From contig CAZAJB010000004.1 in the NCBI GenBank assembly GCA_964485345.1, forward strand, positions 9,758-73,757: 64,000 bases of DNA, written 5' to 3'. Of the stretch, positions 1 to 7,641 are shown piece after piece (positions within the stretch are counted from its first letter, which is position 1; every line of letters begins with the position of its first letter). The position numbers and the translations under genes were made by a program. The notes beneath the pieces are model-generated. The model saw only the letters and a program-made list of their open reading frames with translations, did not search any database and had not been told where the DNA came from. This DNA is from an uncultured Clostridiaceae bacterium. Its GTDB lineage: Bacteria; Bacillota; Limnochordia; Darwinibacteriales; Darwinibacteriaceae.

Positions 1-747
1 AATCCTGCGCCGTTCTTCTAAGGATAGTCTAACCAGCTTCATGTAGCAACTCTCAAGCTCCCCTAAAGAAAAGGCAAAACCCATGACTTGCTCATCATCA
101 TAGTGGAGCAGCTCTTGTTCAATGGCAGCCAGGCTTGTGGCGGTACCGCCCACTGCTACCAAAGTCTGTGGCTGAAAAGCCAGGTTTTTCTTGGCCAGGG
201 GCAGGAGAATCCCGGCGATTTCCTCGGGAGCGGGAAGGCCATCTCCATAGCGCTCTAGCAGGCGAACCGCCCCGATTTGCAGACTGCCGCCTCCGAGGAG
301 TTCGCCCGAGGTTCTACCGGTATAGATCTCGGTGCTTCCCCCGCCAATATCGACAACGGTGATGGGATCGGCAAGCTCTACACCCTCGAACGAAGCGAGG
401 GCCCCCCGAAAGGACAACTCTGCCTCTGCTATACCGGAAAGGACCTCAAGCTGCAGACCAAGGGCCTCTCTGACCAGCTCTACGAACTGCCCTTTGTTCT
501 TGGCATCCCTCACGGCACTTGTGGCAAAAATCGCAGTGGGAGTGCCTGGGGGAATCAAAGCTACTAGCTCTCCTAGCGCATCTAGGGTGCGAACCATGGC
601 GTCCTCCCTCAGCTCGCCTGAGGCATCGGTGCCTTGCCCGAGGCGGGTGACCCTGACCTCCCTCAGGAGCGGTTCCACCCGATCAGAATGGATTCTAGCC
701 AGCAGTAAGCGCACCGAATTGGTTCCTACATCCAAAACAGCCCTCAT
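1..747 (-). CDS. ppx: Ppx/GppA-family exopolyphosphatase / (p)ppGpp phosphohydrolase, N-terminal part (3' end runs off the left edge)
   Basis: Not in the ORF track because there is no stop in the window. Hand translation of the minus strand from ATG 747..745 gives MRAVLDVGTNSVRLLLARI...AIFATSAVRDAKN...ITVVDIGGGSTEIY...LVAVGGTATSLAAI, the ASKHA-fold motifs typical of Ppx/GppA. The ATG overlaps the stop of the upstream gene (ATGA). Confidence 0.8.
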   Translation of the reverse strand, partial: MRAVLDVGTNSVRLLLARIHSDRVEPLLREVRVTRLGQGTDASGELREDAMVRTLDALGELVALIPPGTPTAIFATSAVRDAKNKGQFVELVREALGLQLEVLSGIAEAELSFRGALASFEGVELADPITVVDIGGGSTEIYTGRTSGELLGGGSLQIGAVRLLERYGDGLPAPEEIAGILLPLAKKNLAFQPQTLVAVGGTATSLAAIEQELLHYDDEQVMGFAFSLGELESCYMKLVRLSLEERRRI

Positions 748-1268
748 GGGGTAAACTCCTCACACTGCTGGCTGGGACAATCCAGGGGCTTACTCAACAC
801 CGCCACCGCTTCGGCCCCAATGGGGTTTTCTCCTTGGGCCAGGTAGTCGGCTACATGGGTGTGCAAACACTTAACACCCTCAAAACCACGAATACCTCCT
901 ACACCTGTTTCTGCCAGCACCCGATAACGATCAGGATACTCCTCCCTGATATTCTCCCTCACAGACATGGGAATCAAGGCCAGACGATGCTGGGCATAGC
1001 TTTCATGGTTCTTCTTAACGAGGTCTGCAAACTCCGGCTCTGCCTGAATTCGCTGTTCAAAATGGGCGATCAGTCCTTCCGCCTCGAGCAAAGCTAACTC
1101 CTTACACAAGTAAGGGCAGGTTAGCCAGTACAGTGTGGGAAAGATCTCGAGCCCCGAATAGGTAGCCGACACTGGCCGGGTTACAATCACCTGGGGATAC
1201 CCATAGCCACAGCTGGTGTGCACACCCAATACTCCCCGTGGTTCTCTACCAAGCTGCTCTCGAATCAC
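744..1268 (-). CDS. DUF501-domain protein
   Basis: 174-aa ORF with Cys-containing motifs (GVHTSCGYGYPQV, WLTCPYLC, VKCLHTHVADYLA). It is translationally coupled to ppx. The family assignment is from memory of DUF501 and its usual ppx neighbourhood. Confidence 0.6.
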   Translation of the reverse strand: MIREQLGREPRGVLGVHTSCGYGYPQVIVTRPVSATYSGLEIFPTLYWLTCPYLCKELALLEAEGLIAHFEQRIQAEPEFADLVKKNHESYAQHRLALIPMSVRENIREEYPDRYRVLAETGVGGIRGFEGVKCLHTHVADYLAQGENPIGAEAVAVLSKPLDCPSQQCEEFTP

Positions 1269-1321
1269 TGCTAGCGTTGCTTTATCGGGTTTTTCGTACT
1301 TCAGATCATCACTTCCTTAAA

Positions 1322-1346
1322 GGAAAAACACTCCCGCAGGAGTGTC
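1322..1346 (-). terminator. Rho-independent terminator downstream of yabR
   Basis: Stem acactcc (1328..1334) / ggagtgt (1339..1345) with a 4-nt loop, followed on the minus strand by a T-run (plus-strand aaaaa at 1324..1328). Confidence 0.6.
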
Positions 1347-1380
1347 TAATTTTTGGAGAAAGGCATGTTGTCATCTCGAT

Positions 1381-1770
1381 CTACCTTGCGCCCCTGCCTC
1401 CCCGTTTCGAGTCTTGACTTTTCTTCAGAGCAACCTGACGTTCATCGCTGTCTTTCATAAAACGCGACAAACGCTCCTCAAAATCTACAGGACTTGGTGC
1501 CTTCCTGCGAGGACCACGACGATCACGCGATGGCTTGGTAGGATTCACCTGTTTAATAGACAGGCCAATCTTGCCTTCGCTCATATTAATGACTTTCACT
1601 TTAATAACATCGTTCTCGTTCAGAAAGTCCTTAATATCCTTCACATAAGCATCTGCTACTTCAGAAATGTGGACTAAACCGGTTTTTCCATTGGAGAGTT
1701 CGACGAAAGCACCAAAATTGGTTATTCCGGTAACCTTCCCTTCGACAATGTTGCCGACATCAATTGACAT
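1381..1770 (-). CDS. yabR: S1 RNA-binding domain protein (YabR-like)
   Basis: N-terminal S1/OB motif VGNIVEGKVTGITNFGAFVEL...GLVHISEVADAYVKDI and a basic C-terminal tail. Its position after divIC matches Bacillus. Confidence 0.85.
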   Translation of the reverse strand: MSIDVGNIVEGKVTGITNFGAFVELSNGKTGLVHISEVADAYVKDIKDFLNENDVIKVKVINMSEGKIGLSIKQVNPTKPSRDRRGPRRKAPSPVDFEERLSRFMKDSDERQVALKKSQDSKRGGRGAR

Positions 1771-1826
1771 ACGTTAAAAAATTCCTCCTCTTGGATTTTG
1801 CCGTGCAGGGCACGCGACTACTTCAC

Positions 1827-1855
1827 ATTATATATTATCAGGCCATTTGTGTCAA
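1827..1855 (-). promoter_or_regulatory. Consensus sigma-A-type promoter for yabR
   Basis: Minus strand reads TTGACA (1855..1850), a 17-nt spacer, then TATAAT (1832..1827), about 55 nt upstream of the yabR ATG. Confidence 0.55.
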
Positions 1856-1860
1856 TATTC

Positions 1861-2178
1861 TTACCTTTTCTCCACATCATGCTCCACATCGCCCGAGAAG
1901 CTTTCTGATACTCGGTACAGCGTTTCACCAGGTTTCACCAGGCCCAGCTGCTCCCTAGCCACCCGTTCCACATTCTCTGGAGACTTCCATTCTTCAATCT
2001 CACGCTCTAAATCGTCCTTACGCATCTCTAAGACAACCAAGCGCTTCTCTAGAGCCTCGATTTCTTGCCGCAGCTTAAGGTTTGCCAATCCGCCTCTGGC
2101 AAAGCTGAATCCGACCCACAAAAGAATCACAAGGAGTATAATCCGCCAGGGCTGTATGCGCACGCGTTTTTTCGCCAT
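1861..2178 (-). CDS. divIC: Septum formation initiator DivIC/FtsB
   Basis: 105 aa with a single N-terminal TM (WRIILLVILLWVGFSF), then a coiled coil and the motif VERVAREQLGLVKPGE. Confidence 0.8.
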   Translation of the reverse strand: MAKKRVRIQPWRIILLVILLWVGFSFARGGLANLKLRQEIEALEKRLVVLEMRKDDLEREIEEWKSPENVERVAREQLGLVKPGETLYRVSESFSGDVEHDVEKR

Positions 2179-2264
2179 ATCCGAACATTCCCTCCTAGGA
2201 GAGTCTCCTAGCTCTTATCATTCCCCCCCGCCTGGACTTTTCCTGCACGATTCAGTACTTGCTT

Positions 2265-2714
2265 TCACTTTCTCCAGCGCAGTCTGGAGCGAAGGCGCCC
2301 CGTTCTTTTTCTGTGGGACCAGCTAAACCGGGCCTCTTGAATGAGAAGCACCGGAAAAGATACCAGCCAGAGGAAAAAAGAAAAGGCCAGATGCAAAAAT
2401 CCCCCCACAACCTGCACCAGCCAAAGAAGGAAAGAGGTAATCATGTCCGTGAGCAGCAAGCGATAAAAAAACAGCCCTAAAAGGAGGCCAATCAGCACAT
2501 AGCCCCGTAGCTCTCCCCAATTGGCTAGAATGAGATAGAGTACAATGATCGGAGTAATCAGGGCCCAAAAGAGCAGGTCTAAAATGGACGTGCTAATCAG
2601 GCCCGGACGCAAGATCCCCCGAATTACACGGAAAAAATCAAAGAAGAGTCCTAGGGTGATTCCTGCCAAGAGGACAATTGCAAAGGAGTAGAGTTGAGTG
2701 CCTAGCGATTCCAT
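2265..2714 (-). CDS. yabQ: Spore cortex biosynthesis membrane protein YabQ
   Basis: 149-aa polytopic membrane protein (QLYSFAIVLLAGITLGLFFDFFRVIR) immediately downstream of yabP, in the conserved yabP-yabQ-divIC order. Confidence 0.7.
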   Translation of the reverse strand: MESLGTQLYSFAIVLLAGITLGLFFDFFRVIRGILRPGLISTSILDLLFWALITPIIVLYLILANWGELRGYVLIGLLLGLFFYRLLLTDMITSFLLWLVQVVGGFLHLAFSFFLWLVSFPVLLIQEARFSWSHRKRTGRLRSRLRWRK

Positions 2715-2732
2715 AGAGACACCTCGCCAGCC

Positions 2733-3017
2733 CTACTTAAATAGTCTAGCTAGTAAGCCTTTGCTGCGCTTTGCCAGCGAATCGCCTAAGTACTCCACCG
2801 ATGCAATGTAGCCGCTGACAAGGAGATTACCCTTCTCTAAATTGAGCTCTTTAATATGGAGCTCCTCTCCTTGCACAACAAGACCTCCTAGCTCGGTCTC
2901 GAGCACAATTTCTCTGTCATCGAAACTCTCCACATGGATCACACCATCGAGGGTTAATCGCTCTCTTTCGGCCAAGACCAATTGATGGCGAACATTATTC
3001 AGCCTCTTATCATCCAC
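2733..3017 (-). CDS. yabP: Sporulation protein YabP
   Basis: 94 aa; LTLDGVIHVESFDDREIVLETELGGLVVQGEELHIKELNLEKGNLLVSG is typical of the YabP/YqfC fold. Confidence 0.8.
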   Translation of the reverse strand: MDDKRLNNVRHQLVLAERERLTLDGVIHVESFDDREIVLETELGGLVVQGEELHIKELNLEKGNLLVSGYIASVEYLGDSLAKRSKGLLARLFK

Positions 3018-3080
3018 TTCAGCTACCTCCTTGCCTAGAACATGTTACTCCATTCTATGCAAGGGGTAGCCAGGTTAGAC

Positions 3081-4046
3081 TTACTCGTAAATGGTACGAA
3101 TCTGCACATCTTGGAAAAAGGTCTTCACGATCTCCTCGGGACTGTTGCCTTCGTCCGCAAGCACATAGGCATCCCACTGGCTGAGGCCAACGCCGTGTCC
3201 ATAGCCGGTGCCAGTCATGGTGAGGCTCCCGTCTTCGAAGACAAGGTCTCGCAGTAAGGCTGACTTCATCTTGGTAGAATCCACCGCCAGACGGAAGGAG
3301 GGCCCTGAAATGGTGTCTTCACCCTGGGTTCCTCGAACTGTAAAGAGCGTTACCCGCCCCGAGGGGCCTTTTTCTGTGATTTCTACGCTTTGGATATCCC
3401 CTACATTAAGACCCGTACTGGCCAAGAGATTCCGCAGTTCTCCTGCATTATATGTAGCAGTCCATTCTTTGACATCTTGTGGAATAGACTCACTGTCTGG
3501 TAACTTGACGCTGGCGGTAAAGGGCGGCTCCTCGTCCTTATAATCCAGCCCCTCCTTGGCTCTGGCTGTGATTCCCCCAGAATAGGCATGAAACCAGCCC
3601 CGTACAAAGCGGTTTTCATAGGTCATTACCTTGCCCCGGGTCATCTCCACACCCTGTTTGATCTCCTCCGTCACAGCCTGGGGGTTAAAGGCTTGGGTTT
3701 CTTGGATGGAAGTGGAGACATCGGCACCATACTTATCCTTCACTCCCCCTGTTGCAATGAAATCCATGGTGAAGCTCCGGGCAAAGATGGCCTGGGCAGC
3801 ATAGGCCTCCACCGGCCAATCGGGAAACATCTCGCCTGCCACCACTGCCTGAATGTATTCTTCTAGGGCCATTTCCTGAATTTGACCCGTTTCATTGACA
3901 TAGACAGTCAAGGTGGGTTCTTCCTGCAGATCCCTGACAATATTGCGATCATCACCCGACCAACTAATCAAGACTGTGACGCTGGCAATGACCACCAGTA
4001 CTAATCCGAGCACAATGGCGTGATTTCTCTTAAAGGCCATAAGCAA
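3081..4046 (-). CDS. spoIID: Stage II sporulation protein D (SpoIID/LytB-domain lytic transglycosylase)
   Basis: 321 aa with an N-terminal TM. SpoIID-domain motifs: EEYIQAVVAGEM...EAYAAQAIFARSF, AYSGG, GHGVGLSQWDA. Confidence 0.85.
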   Translation of the reverse strand: MLMAFKRNHAIVLGLVLVVIASVTVLISWSGDDRNIVRDLQEEPTLTVYVNETGQIQEMALEEYIQAVVAGEMFPDWPVEAYAAQAIFARSFTMDFIATGGVKDKYGADVSTSIQETQAFNPQAVTEEIKQGVEMTRGKVMTYENRFVRGWFHAYSGGITARAKEGLDYKDEEPPFTASVKLPDSESIPQDVKEWTATYNAGELRNLLASTGLNVGDIQSVEITEKGPSGRVTLFTVRGTQGEDTISGPSFRLAVDSTKMKSALLRDLVFEDGSLTMTGTGYGHGVGLSQWDAYVLADEGNSPEEIVKTFFQDVQIRTIYE

Positions 4047-4207
4047 TCTCCTTTGTTTTTGTTAGTTTCACCAAAAGAGTGGCGTAAAATCGCTCGAAAA
4101 GCGGGTATTATCAAAGTTTTCGGGGAAAATATTACCACAGTTAGCAGGAGAACTCGAATAATCCTAGAATTACTGGGTATATTTCCACCTTAAGAGGAGG
4201 TTTATTT

Positions 4208-4486
4208 GTGAACAAAGCAGAGTTGATTGCTAGTGTGGCTGACAAAGCAGGTATGACCAAAAAGGCAGCTGGCGAAGCGGTAGAAGCAGTATTTGCAGCT
4301 ATTTCTGATTCATTGGCCCAAGAGGAGAAAGTAACCATCGTTGGCTTCGGTACTTTCGAAGTCAGACCTCGCCAAGAGCGCCAAGGTATCAATCCTTCCA
4401 CCGGCAAACCCATTACGATTCCAGCCACGAAGGTTCCTGCCTTTAAACCAGGCAAGTCTCTCCGAGAAGTCGTAGCTCCTAAGTAA
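4208..4486 (+). CDS. hup: DNA-binding protein HU
   Basis: 92 aa, MNKAELIASVADKAGMTKKAAGEAV...GFGTFEVRPRQERQGINPSTGKPITIPATKVPAFKPGK. GTG start with SD AAGAGGAGG. Confidence 0.95.
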   Translation: MNKAELIASVADKAGMTKKAAGEAVEAVFAAISDSLAQEEKVTIVGFGTFEVRPRQERQGINPSTGKPITIPATKVPAFKPGKSLREVVAPK

Positions 4487-4489
4487 AGA

Positions 4490-4533
4490 GACGTTTCACG
4501 TAGTGAGACTCCGAGGCGAATGCTTTGCATTCG
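4490..4533. repeat. Two-hairpin intergenic repeat, copy A (hup 3' UTR)
   Basis: gacgtttcacgtagtgagactccgaggcgaatgctttgcattcg is 35/44 identical to 11791..11834 in the same orientation. Hairpin 1 is gtttcac/gtgagac and hairpin 2 is cgaatgc/gcattcg. Confidence 0.7.
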
Positions 4534-4547
4534 TCAAATGTATGAAG

Positions 4548-4575
4548 CCCCCTAAAGCTAGGGGGTTCTTTACTT
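4548..4575 (+). terminator. Rho-independent terminator of hup
   Basis: Stem ccccct (4548..4553) / aggggg (4560..4565) followed by ttctttactt. Confidence 0.7.
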
Positions 4576-4606
4576 TGTAGGCAAGAAAGGAGCTGAGGAT
4601 ACTGCC

Positions 4607-5398
4607 ATGAGCTGGTCGGATCTAGCGGAGATTATTGGCAAGTTACGCTCGCCTGAGGGTTGTCCCTGGGATAGAAAGCAGACCCACGAGAGTCTGAAGC
4701 GTTACTTGCTTGAAGAGACCTATGAACTATTTGAGGCCATTGACGAAAAAGACGACGACGCCATCAAGGATGAACTGGGCGATGTACTTCTGCAGGTGCT
4801 GCTCCATGCTGAAATTGCTAGGGAAACCGGAGCTTTTTCCATCGATGATGTGATTGAGAACCTCAGTGAGAAAATGATCCGCCGCCATCCCCATGTCTTT
4901 ACGGAGGCGTTGAACCTAGAAACACCGGAGCAGGTTGTGAAGACCTGGGATGCCATAAAAAAGAGCGAGGAACATCTAGCCCAGCGAGTTTCGGTCCTTG
5001 ATGGGGTTCCTAGCGTTTTTCCTGCCCTAATGCGGGCAGAAAAGATCCAGATGCGAGCGGCCAAGGTCGGCTTTGATTGGGACGAAGCACCAGATGTTGT
5101 GGAGAAGATCGAAGAAGAGCTCGGCGAACTCAAAGAGGCCATGGCCAAGGGTTCCCAGGCTGAACTTGAGGATGAGCTCGGTGACCTCTTGTTTGCCACG
5201 GTGAACTTGTCCCGCTTCATTGACGTGGATCCGGAGTTTGCCCTAGAAGGGGCGACAGCCAAATTCAGCAAGCGCTTCCACCTCGTAGAGGCCTATGCTA
5301 AGGAAGAAGGCGTGGACCTGAAGGATCTCAACCTCGACGAGCTCAATTTGCTCTGGGATCGGGCCAAGGATCAGCTGCGCAAGAACCCCCAGGCCTGA
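4607..5398 (+). CDS. mazG: Nucleoside-triphosphate pyrophosphohydrolase MazG (stand-alone tandem MazG domains)
   Basis: 263 aa; CPWDRKQTHESLKRYLLEETYELFEAI...ELGDVLLQV, and a second EEELGELKEA...ELGDLLF repeat. Confidence 0.9.
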   Translation: MSWSDLAEIIGKLRSPEGCPWDRKQTHESLKRYLLEETYELFEAIDEKDDDAIKDELGDVLLQVLLHAEIARETGAFSIDDVIENLSEKMIRRHPHVFTEALNLETPEQVVKTWDAIKKSEEHLAQRVSVLDGVPSVFPALMRAEKIQMRAAKVGFDWDEAPDVVEKIEEELGELKEAMAKGSQAELEDELGDLLFATVNLSRFIDVDPEFALEGATAKFSKRFHLVEAYAKEEGVDLKDLNLDELNLLWDRAKDQLRKNPQA

Positions 5399-6966
5399 AG
5401 ATGACGGGCCAAGGGTTTACCGACTAGGGGCAGAAGACGGAGATCGCGCTCCGTTAAGCTCTTGGTTGTCATCAAGAAAAGAAAATAAAGGATGAAGCCG
5501 CTCAGAAGAGAAAAGATGCTAGCTGCCCCAGGGGATATGAAACGTGCCAAAGTATCCTGGCAGAGGCACATCCAGAGGGATGCAGCAGCTGTACAGAGCG
5601 TGGGATAAAGCAGGCTAGCCCGGACGGCGATGGCCCTGCCCATCCTTTTGTAGACCGAACACAAATTGATCAGAGCAATCACCGCCCAACCAAGGGTGGT
5701 TCCCCAGGCTGCCCCGAGCATACCGAAGCGGGGGTCCGCCAACAGAACATAGTTTAGGGCAAATTTGCAGAATACACCGATGCCCAGGTTGCGAACGGGA
5801 ACCAGCATATTTCCGAGGCCCTGTAAAACCCCTGTACTGGCTTGAATGATGCCGAGAGAAACGGCGCCAAAGGACAGAATGGCAAGGGGCGCCGCCACTT
5901 GATGATAGCCAAAGAGCATTGTACTGAGGGGTTCTGCCAAGACAAACAGGGCTGCGCAAGAAGGGATGCCAAAGATCAGCGCAATTCGTAGAGCTTCTTG
6001 GGTTCGGTGCCGAACAAGTCTTTTGCTTTGCAAAGCCCAAGCCTCTGAGATAGCAGGTACTAGACTGGTGGCCAGGGCTACCGTCACCACATTGGGAAAT
6101 TGCGAAAGAGTGAGAGCCATGCCTAAATGGCCCAGACCTTCGCGGATCATGGCAGGTGAGAAGCCTGCCATTTGCATACGCAGAGGGATCAAAAAGCTAT
6201 CGGCCAATTGCATAATAGGCCATAAGATAGTGGCCACCACAGCGGGAAAGGCCAGGGCCACTAGTTTTTTTGCGATCCCCAGCAAGGGTTCGGGCGCACG
6301 CCTTCCCTTCTCTGCAATGGAGGCCAACAGCACCTCACCCTGTGCGCCATAGTAGATGGCCAAGACCATCCAGCCGGCGAATTCCCCTGCGATAAATCCC
6401 CAGGCGATGCCGGTCACCGCCATCTCAACGCCCTGGGGTCTCAGCCAAACGGTGGCTAGCACCGTTACGACCACCCGCACCACTTGATCAATCACCTGGG
6501 CGAGGGCTGTGGGGGTCATACACTGTAGGCCCTGGAAGAACCCTCGCAAGGCCGCGCTGAGGGCTAGAAAGAAACAAGCGGGTCCCAGGAGGGCTAAGGT
6601 CTTGGCGGCTCCTATGTCCTTGGCAAAACGGACCGCAAACCAGTCCGCACCCAGAAAGAGGGCCAGGCCCACGACACTGCCGCTCAGCAGCATCAGACCC
6701 GTTCCCACTCGAAAGACCCTACGGACATCCTGCCGCGACCCTAGGGCCACCTTTTCCGCCGTGAGCTTGGCAATAGCCACAGGTACGCCCGCTATGGCCA
6801 CCACCGCAGCAAAGTAGTGGATGGGCTTGACAAGTTGGTAAAGACCCATCCCATCATCATAAATCAGCCTGGGTAGTACAATCATGTAGACAAGACCAAT
6901 AACCCGGCTAGCCAGGCTCGCTAGGGTCAAGACGACAGCACCACGTAAAAAAGACTCCTTTGTCAT
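5371..6966 (-). CDS. spoVB: Stage V sporulation protein B-like MOP/MurJ-family flippase
   Basis: Polytopic membrane protein of about 530 aa (FLRGAVVLTLASLASRVIGLVYMIVLPRL...), located next to spoVT as in Bacillus. I moved the start to ATG 6966. I cannot separate SpoVB from MurJ by eye. Confidence 0.7.
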   Translation of the reverse strand: MTKESFLRGAVVLTLASLASRVIGLVYMIVLPRLIYDDGMGLYQLVKPIHYFAAVVAIAGVPVAIAKLTAEKVALGSRQDVRRVFRVGTGLMLLSGSVVGLALFLGADWFAVRFAKDIGAAKTLALLGPACFFLALSAALRGFFQGLQCMTPTALAQVIDQVVRVVVTVLATVWLRPQGVEMAVTGIAWGFIAGEFAGWMVLAIYYGAQGEVLLASIAEKGRRAPEPLLGIAKKLVALAFPAVVATILWPIMQLADSFLIPLRMQMAGFSPAMIREGLGHLGMALTLSQFPNVVTVALATSLVPAISEAWALQSKRLVRHRTQEALRIALIFGIPSCAALFVLAEPLSTMLFGYHQVAAPLAILSFGAVSLGIIQASTGVLQGLGNMLVPVRNLGIGVFCKFALNYVLLADPRFGMLGAAWGTTLGWAVIALINLCSVYKRMGRAIAVRASLLYPTLCTAAASLWMCLCQDTLARFISPGAASIFSLLSGFILYFLFLMTTKSLTERDLRLLPLVGKPLARHLQAWGFLRS

Positions 6967-7044
6967 ATCCCACGCCTCTTTTTCTCTATGCTTACGCAAT
7001 AGGGGCGCGGGTTATGAGGAGTCCGAGCATTTTTGCCTGTTCGG

Positions 7045-7578
7045 TTACTGCTCCATTTGCTTCGCTAAGAAACCGGCTGCCGTTTCACAAAGCTTTTGCT
7101 CCAACTCGCCTAGTTGTCGTTTCGCTTCGTTGGTCCCTAAGATCACGGTTCCGATGGGATCACCTTCTGAGATAATGGGTGCTATTACCTGCATGGCAAA
7201 ATCCCATTCATCGTCTTCAGGGCGATCCCCCTTGCGCAGCGTTATAATGCGTCGAGATTCCATCGACTCTTCTACAACAGCCACCACCGCTTTATCTATC
7301 CATTGCTTCTTGGGGGCCCCAGAAATGGCCACAACGGCGTCTCGATCGGTAATGATGGCCACATGACCTGTCGTCTCCTGCAAGGAGTCCGAATACTCCT
7401 GGGCGAAATCGCCCAGTTCTCCAATGGGTGAATACTTCTTTAAGATAACTTCCCCATCTCGATCAACGAAAATCTCTAGGGGATCTCCTTCGCGGATGCG
7501 CATAGTACGGCGAATTTCTTTGGGGATGACTACACGTCCCAGATCGTCAATGCGTCGAACTATTCCAGTTGCTTTCAA
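7045..7578 (-). CDS. spoVT: Stage V sporulation regulator SpoVT (AbrB-family SpoVT-AbrB domain plus GAF-like domain)
   Basis: KATGIVRRIDDLGRVVIPKEIRRTMRIREGDPLEIF matches the SpoVT N-terminus. I prefer the TTG start at 7578; the track start is GTG 7584. Confidence 0.9.
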   Translation of the reverse strand: MKATGIVRRIDDLGRVVIPKEIRRTMRIREGDPLEIFVDRDGEVILKKYSPIGELGDFAQEYSDSLQETTGHVAIITDRDAVVAISGAPKKQWIDKAVVAVVEESMESRRIITLRKGDRPEDDEWDFAMQVIAPIISEGDPIGTVILGTNEAKRQLGELEQKLCETAAGFLAKQMEQ

Positions 7579-7641
7579 TGTCACACCCCTCTTCTATCTA
7601 ATGAGCTTGGATTTAGTATTAGCGGCCTCTACCTCTTTTAT

